A stretch of 64,000 nucleotides of DNA from the NCBI GenBank assembly GCA_049517415.1, contig JBEKSC010000006.1, positions 1 to 64,000 of the forward strand, given 5' to 3'. Origin of the DNA: Candidatus Bathyarchaeia archaeon (GTDB lineage Archaea; Thermoproteota; Bathyarchaeia; 40CM-2-53-6). A program made the translations under genes and the position numbers. This document shows, one piece after another, positions 58,526-64,000 of the stretch (positions are counted from its first letter, which is position 1; every line of letters starts with the position of its first letter). Below the pieces are notes generated by a model. It did no database searches, was not told the DNA's origin, and was given only the letters and a program-made list of their open reading frames with translations.

Positions 58526-59720
58526 GCGGTTTCATTTCCGTCAACTTGTAAATCCGACCGCGCCATTCGATTTTACGGGTTCGGGCCGAATTAATTATGC
58601 AGTATGTCATAACCCAAGGAACAATAAGGCTTGTGATTGCTTCTTTGAATTTCGCTCTCCGGAATTCTTCTTTGAATTGTGGCATGGCTCGACTGAAAGT
58701 CGAGTTGCGCTGGGTGCTTCGCATCATGCCTAGGAGGCATGGCGTGAAAAGCAAGGCTGATGGCACCAACCACAATGGGGCCATCATAACCCCACATACA
58801 AAGCTAATGAGGCCCAGCAGAAACACGAAATCGAAAAATGCGTAAGCTCCCGCCGCATAATTCCAGAGGCCCTCGTTGTAGACCTTAGTTAGAGCAGTCT
58901 GACGAGTCGTCCACCTTAGAAATTCGTGCCGGTCAGTTTGATTGAAAGTGGCGACGGTGCATTGGGGAAGAAATGTTGTTCGGTAACCATGCTTTCTTAA
59001 TGCGGCGTTCAGGGCCAAATCGTCGCTGATTGCGGTGGACCATATGCGCCTAATGCCAATCTTATCAAGCGTTTCTGCCCTTACAGCCATCGCTCCACCC
59101 CAAGGGAAATTGTACCGGTCGTTGAAGAGCAGGTTCGTTCCAGAAGCGTTCCACGCCGACTCAGCGTAGGACCAAAATCCGCCCCGAGAGGGGAAGAGCC
59201 AACGAAAACCAGTTGTAGCTCCCACAGACTCATCGCTGAGTGGATCAACTAGATTTCCAAGCCAAGTGGGCGTTACTCGTGCATCGCTATCTACAAAGGC
59301 GTAGACCTGCGCTTGTCCCAAATCTCGCGACAAAGCGGTTAGGAGCGCTGCAACCTTCCCACTAGCAGAGACCGCGGGATCTGAAGTGTAAATATGATCA
59401 TTTCCATCCGAGCAACGCGACAATACTGACTTGGCTACGGCGTAAGCTGGGTCTTCAGTTGAATCAACAACAATTGCAGTGTGATAGTCATCGTACTTTT
59501 GGTGTAACACGGCTGCTAGGTTTTCTTCTAGACCTGGTTCTTCTCCTTTACACGCCATGATCAGGCAGACCCGGGGGCGAAAACCTAGCTGCGGCCTCGC
59601 AAGCGCCTCTGAGGCTTTACGGTCAAATTCCAAACCCAAGTACAAAGAGTACAACGAAGCTGCGGCAGCCAGAAAACCAACTATGAGGAGGAAAACGTAA
59701 AGGCCCTCTCCAGGGGACAG
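58512..59720 (-). CDS. GT2/GT21-like (ceramide glucosyltransferase/HpnI-like) membrane glycosyltransferase; start may be CTG at 59720 or TTG at 59654
   Basis: N-terminal TM, CKG, FVDSD, WGGAMA, SDDLAL, WRGRIY. Confidence 0.82.
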   Translation of the reverse strand: MSPGEGLYVFLLIVGFLAAAASLYSLYLGLEFDRKASEALARPQLGFRPRVCLIMACKGEEPGLEENLAAVLHQKYDDYHTAIVVDSTEDPAYAVAKSVLSRCSDGNDHIYTSDPAVSASGKVAALLTALSRDLGQAQVYAFVDSDARVTPTWLGNLVDPLSDESVGATTGFRWLFPSRGGFWSYAESAWNASGTNLLFNDRYNFPWGGAMAVRAETLDKIGIRRIWSTAISDDLALNAALRKHGYRTTFLPQCTVATFNQTDRHEFLRWTTRQTALTKVYNEGLWNYAAGAYAFFDFVFLLGLISFVCGVMMAPLWLVPSALLFTPCLLGMMRSTQRNSTFSRAMPQFKEEFRRAKFKEAITSLIVPWVMTYCIINSARTRKIEWRGRIYKLTEMKPLASP

Positions 59721-59752
59721 AGGATATCCCCACTAATGCTGGATATATGTAA

Positions 59753-59947
59753 CTAAGCTTCGATAACTTCGCATCTAATCTGTTTCAGCAACACGGCGGC
59801 TTGTTCCGGATCAATCTTGATTGTGTACAGCTGACTAGCAGTTCTGAGCTTCAGTTTCACAATATCCTTCAGCCGTTTCACACGGCATTCTGTAGCTCGC
59901 TCTGAAATCTTCAAGAATTGTTCCGTGTCAGAAATCTCAGTCGGCAT
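59753..59947 (-). CDS. rpl38e: Ribosomal protein eL38-like
   Basis: MPTEISD...FL...RVKR...VKLKLRT-x3-LYTI matches the L38e pattern. Confidence 0.75.
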   Translation of the reverse strand: MPTEISDTEQFLKISERATECRVKRLKDIVKLKLRTASQLYTIKIDPEQAAVLLKQIRCEVIEA

Positions 59948-59998
59948 TCTAGCTCGGCTCTCTAAGAAAGGTTGGGAGAATATAAACCTGAACAGAAT

Positions 59999-60844
59999 TC
60001 AGGGCGTGAAAATCAGCAGCTCTTCTTCGTATCGCCTTCCATTAACTATTGAACCGGGAGGTCTTCTCTCAACATGCCTTTTGGCAAGTAGCTCACCGAG
60101 TTTTCTGTCAGCCTCCTCGCGCGAAATCGAGGGGTCGGTGAGCATCTTGAGTGGTACATCTACTCTGAGAGGGCGAGAGGGCATCACGTGGCGTGTTATT
60201 TTGTGAGGCAGGAGGTGCCCCGTGAGGCCGAATTCGCGAATTTGCTGTTTGCTGAAAATCGGCACAGAAATAATGAGATTCAGTTCGTTTGACTGCATTT
60301 TTTGCAGAGCAGTATCTTCCGGCGAGTAAGTCACAGCGTGTCCTTGCTTGACCATCGTTTTTTCGAGGCTTGCAGCCGTTCTTGCGAGTTGAACTGGGTC
60401 TATCGATTCAGGTAATGAGAACTCTGCACTGGTTCTGGTTAATATGATAGTTTGAGAATCGTTGTTCATTTTCCCCAGCTCAACCTTTCGCGATGAGTAG
60501 TGTAGCCCAGCGTCTTTTAGCAGTCTTTCCGCGACTGTTTCAGCGTCGTCTACCGCGAAAAGCCTGAACCATGCTCCTACTTTGATTAGGGGGTTGTCGT
60601 AGTCGACCAGGCAGCAAGGAACGAAACGACATTTTAGCAGCCTCAATGAGTTGAAGCGGTGCATTCCATCTAGAATCACATAATCTTCCTGATCAACGAT
60701 CAGTGGATCTCGTAGTTCTCCCACTCTCAGAACATCATTCGCGAGTGATCCAACAACAGGGTCTATGACTTCTTCGTGCGGCTTGAGCTCGTCAAGGTTG
60801 ACCATGGAAATTCTGAAACTCAGCTTTGACCCGCTAATTTCCAT
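59999..60844 (-). CDS. ParB/Srx-fold protein (SerK/SbnI-like)
   Basis: LKPHEEV, PLIVD, ILDGMHR, LPHKITRH. Confidence 0.7.
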   Translation of the reverse strand: MEISGSKLSFRISMVNLDELKPHEEVIDPVVGSLANDVLRVGELRDPLIVDQEDYVILDGMHRFNSLRLLKCRFVPCCLVDYDNPLIKVGAWFRLFAVDDAETVAERLLKDAGLHYSSRKVELGKMNNDSQTIILTRTSAEFSLPESIDPVQLARTAASLEKTMVKQGHAVTYSPEDTALQKMQSNELNLIISVPIFSKQQIREFGLTGHLLPHKITRHVMPSRPLRVDVPLKMLTDPSISREEADRKLGELLAKRHVERRPPGSIVNGRRYEEELLIFTP

Positions 60845-60986
60845 TCTTCAAGCCTCGCAGCAAGGTCGGTTGGAGTAGGCTGTAAGCGTTACTGACAAGT
60901 GTTCGGTTTGAAAAGGGCGGTAGGTCAGCAGAAGAAAGAGTAGGGGAAATAGTTCGAACTGTTCCAAACGCGTCCTAAGATGGATT

Positions 60987-61133
60987 CTACTTCGTGAACT
61001 TCGTCATCTTAGTGCCGCAAGTCGGGCACGTCGCACGCATCATGTTGCGGCCCTTGGCAGTCTTTTCCATCGTGGTTTGATCGTCGGGCACAGTCTTCTT
61101 CTCCTTACATTTCACACAAAACATTTCGGCCAA
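60987..61133 (-). CDS. 48-aa basic Zn-ribbon protein (DUF5679-like)
   Basis: MAEMFCVKCKEKK...KGRNMMRATCPTCGTKMTKF; purine-rich GGGGAGG upstream. Confidence 0.8.
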   Translation of the reverse strand: MAEMFCVKCKEKKTVPDDQTTMEKTAKGRNMMRATCPTCGTKMTKFTK

Positions 61134-61339
61134 TGAACATTCCCTCCCCTTTCTCAATCGACTTGATGTTAGCGGATGGCGAAGCCATAAAAGGCTTTGC
61201 TAATTCAGACTAGAAGTCGCAACATTTCTAAACGAGCTATGTAAGTTTTGATTAGTCAAAAGCAATCCTGAAATTGAAACTCGCCAGAAACGATGGAACC
61301 ATAAGCAAGTTAAGTTAAAACAGGGCGTTGGTTGATTGA

Positions 61340-62275
61340 ATGCCAGCTCGAAAGCTAATCTCAATTATCGGCACCGGAAAGTTGGGAAGCGCCGTCGCCC
61401 TGCAGGTCGCGCAGAGAGAACTAGGCGACCTGAGACTTGTTGACATAATTCAGGGTCTTCCACAAGGAGAAGCCCTCGACCTTGGACAGATGGCAGCAGA
61501 ACAAGGTGTAGATGTTGATGTTCTCGGGTCAAACGATTACAAAGACATTGCGGGCTCAGACGTCGTTGTCGTCATTGGCGGCTTAGGTAGAAAGCCGGGT
61601 ATGACGAGGCTCGATCTGCAGGAGAAGAACGAAGTAATCATCCGAAGCATTGCCGAAAAGATCGTGGAATACGCTCCCAAAACATTAGTCTTGATGGTGA
61701 CCAATCCGCTCGACGTGATGACCTACCTCGCTTGGAAAGTCACGGGATTCGATCCTTCTCGAGTCTTTGGCCAAAGCGGAATGCTGGACACGATGCGCTT
61801 CAAATATTTCATCGCGAAAGCACTGAGAGTCTCGACGAGTTCGGTTCAAGCCATGGTCATAGGTGAGCATGGCGATTCAATGGTTCCGCTGCCTAGGTAT
61901 TCAACTGTGAACGGTGTTCCGATAACCGAGTTGCTCTCAGCCGCGGAAGTCAATGATGCCGTTGACCATACCAGGAAGATTGCTGCTGAAGTCATTGCGC
62001 TGAAGGGAGCAACGATTTACGCCCCCGCGAGCGGAATTGCGCGAATGGTTGAGACCATCATCAAGGACAAGAAGATGTTGTTATGCATGACAGCCCACTT
62101 GAATGGTCAATACGGACTCAAGGACGTGTATGTTGATGTTCCGGCGATTCTGGGCGCACACGGTGTCGAACGCGTAATTGAACTGAAGTTGAACCATGAG
62201 GAATCTGAAGCCTTTCAGAAATCTGTGGAAATTGTGAAGGCAGCCTGTGGCAATTTGAAAACGGTCAAGCCTTAG
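61340..62275 (+). CDS. mdh: LDH-like malate dehydrogenase
   Basis: GTGKLG, RKPGMTRLDL, VTNPLD, GEHGDSM. Confidence 0.92.
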   Translation: MPARKLISIIGTGKLGSAVALQVAQRELGDLRLVDIIQGLPQGEALDLGQMAAEQGVDVDVLGSNDYKDIAGSDVVVVIGGLGRKPGMTRLDLQEKNEVIIRSIAEKIVEYAPKTLVLMVTNPLDVMTYLAWKVTGFDPSRVFGQSGMLDTMRFKYFIAKALRVSTSSVQAMVIGEHGDSMVPLPRYSTVNGVPITELLSAAEVNDAVDHTRKIAAEVIALKGATIYAPASGIARMVETIIKDKKMLLCMTAHLNGQYGLKDVYVDVPAILGAHGVERVIELKLNHEESEAFQKSVEIVKAACGNLKTVKP

Positions 62276-62277
62276 GT

Positions 62278-63051
62278 TCATTCCCGGCGAGCCCTAGCTA
62301 CTCGGTTTGCTATTTGCGCGGCGACAACGCCCGCGGCTATACCTGAGTCAATGTTTACAACCGATAGTCCAAGGGAGCACGCTTGAAGCATGGCCATTAA
62401 TGCCGCTCGCCCTTTCCCACCATAACCGTAGCCCGACGAACTAGGGACAGCAATGAGGGGTATGTCGACTAGCCCCGCCACTACTGTCGGTAACGCCCCT
62501 TCGCGGCCCGCTACGACGATTAGGCAGTCAACGTTGTTCTTTACCATACTCGCCACTGGTTCGACCAATCGGTGGATGCCAGCGACTCCCGCGTCTGCTT
62601 CAAGAAAAGTTTCGCAACCCATTTCTTCCGCAATCACTGCTGCTTCTTCAGCGACTGGAAGGTCAACAGTTCCGGCAGTTATGATGCCGACCCGACCGCC
62701 AGTCTCGATTTTCTTGTGACCAGTATCACTGATTACGATGGTTGCGGCGTGCGGTGGTTTTCTCACGTTATAATTACGGAAGTGTTCGCTTAATTTCTGT
62801 AGTTGCTGCTCGCTCACTCGGCTAACGATCGCTCGACCATTTCTCGTAACCATGAGGTCGCAAATTTGAAGCAGGTCCCCGGTAGATTTTCCTTCAGCGA
62901 ATATTATCTCGGGGACCCCGCGTCGAACCATCCTTCCAATATCCAGCCGAGCTATCTTGGCAATATTCTCGATAGTATTGACTTTCAACGCCCTCTCAGC
63001 ATCATCGACAGAGATTTCGCCCTTGTGTAGTTTCTCAAGAATTTCTCGCAA
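62278..63051 (-). CDS. larB: Nickel-pincer cofactor biosynthesis protein LarB
   Basis: GVPEIIFAEGK, AGTVD, AGVAGIHRL, GREGALP, VVNIDSG. Confidence 0.9.
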   Translation of the reverse strand: MREILEKLHKGEISVDDAERALKVNTIENIAKIARLDIGRMVRRGVPEIIFAEGKSTGDLLQICDLMVTRNGRAIVSRVSEQQLQKLSEHFRNYNVRKPPHAATIVISDTGHKKIETGGRVGIITAGTVDLPVAEEAAVIAEEMGCETFLEADAGVAGIHRLVEPVASMVKNNVDCLIVVAGREGALPTVVAGLVDIPLIAVPSSSGYGYGGKGRAALMAMLQACSLGLSVVNIDSGIAAGVVAAQIANRVARARRE

Positions 63052-63108
63052 GAATGTTCGCCAGCGTGGAAATGCCTAAGTACAAAGAGCTATGAGACGT
63101 AACATAAA

Positions 63109-63999
63109 ATGTTAACAGCAAACAAACCCAATCGATCGAGAGAACTAGACCAGGATTTGGCGGGAATCCCACCAGCTCTTCGCATTAAGGCGGAAGAAGC
63201 AGTTGGGATAATCAGAGGGTTCGGCAAAGTGCTCGTCGCCTTTTCGGGCGGAATAGACAGCACACTTGTTGCACGCCTAGCGATGCTCGCAGTGGGCAAG
63301 AATGCTGTCGCCGTGACGGCCGACTCCCCAAGCCTTCCAACGGCGGAACTGGGGGAGGCTAGAAGCCTTGCTAAGGAAATTGGGATAGAGCACATCGTGA
63401 TACGGACTGAGGAGCTTGACGATCCGAAATATGTTTCCAATCCAGCGAACCGATGCTACTTCTGCAAGAAGGAGTTGAGCGAGAAACTCAAATTGGTTGC
63501 AGCGGACCTTGGAATCTCGGTTATCGTTGATGGAACCAATGCGGATGACCTGTTCGCACATAGGCCAGGTGGAGCGGCACTAACTGAGGAAGGCGTTAGA
63601 AGGCCGTTGTCAGAGGTAGGGATGACGAAGATTGAAGTTAGGGAACTATCGAGACTACTCGGCCTGCCGAACTTCGATAAGCCCTCAATGCCATGCCTGT
63701 CTTCAAGAATCCAATATGGCCAACTCATAACGCCGGAAAAGCTTGAACGCGTGGAAAAATCTGAGAACCTCATTCGCCAGCTGACAGGCGTGAGAGAGCT
63801 GCGTGTCCGAGATCACGGAAACCTTGCTAGAATTGAAGTTGGAGTAAATGAGCGTAAGCTCTTCTTCGATGAGGCCCTCCTCGAGAAAATCGGGAATGCA
63901 TTGCGTGCCTTCGGTTTCAATTACGTCTCTTTAGATGTGTTCGGATATAGAACTGGAAGCATGAATGAGGCGTTGCTTTTCAAAAATAATGCCAAACAG
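63109..63999 (+). CDS. larE: LarE-family ATP-dependent sulfur transferase, runs off the window end
   Basis: Manual translation: VAFSGGIDS, NRCYFCK, DGTNADD, PCLSSRI, RVRDHG, GYRTGSMN. Confidence 0.9.
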   Translation, partial: MLTANKPNRSRELDQDLAGIPPALRIKAEEAVGIIRGFGKVLVAFSGGIDSTLVARLAMLAVGKNAVAVTADSPSLPTAELGEARSLAKEIGIEHIVIRTEELDDPKYVSNPANRCYFCKKELSEKLKLVAADLGISVIVDGTNADDLFAHRPGGAALTEEGVRRPLSEVGMTKIEVRELSRLLGLPNFDKPSMPCLSSRIQYGQLITPEKLERVEKSENLIRQLTGVRELRVRDHGNLARIEVGVNERKLFFDEALLEKIGNALRAFGFNYVSLDVFGYRTGSMNEALLFKNNAKQ

Positions 64000-64000
64000 G

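Overview
Archaeal chromosomal segment, mostly housekeeping. Markers are TFE, aTrm56, aMBF1, NAC, A-type ATPase A/B/D, eL38 and BHB-intron tRNAs; a TACK lineage such as Bathyarchaeia is an inference from gene content. Protein calls come from motif recognition only; no searches were run. Main points of interest: (1) a free-standing HTH-LAGLIDADG endonuclease gene between tRNA-Val(GAC) and a second tRNA 3' end whose T-stem carries compensatory substitutions; (2) a ribbon-helix-helix (RHH)-nucleotidyltransferase fusion divergent from two unannotated paralogous Zn-ribbon microproteins, each preceded by a GTA(A/T)TAC-N16-GTATTAC box, beside back-to-back ppsA and ppdK; (3) a threonine-synthase-like/SAMP/MoeZ operon divergent from a cysteine synthase relic; (4) two tRNA-Val genes with non-canonical introns, one followed by an integrase remnant; (5) a GT21-like glycosyltransferase plus radical SAM operon; (6) several Cys-rich microproteins below the ORF-track cut-off.
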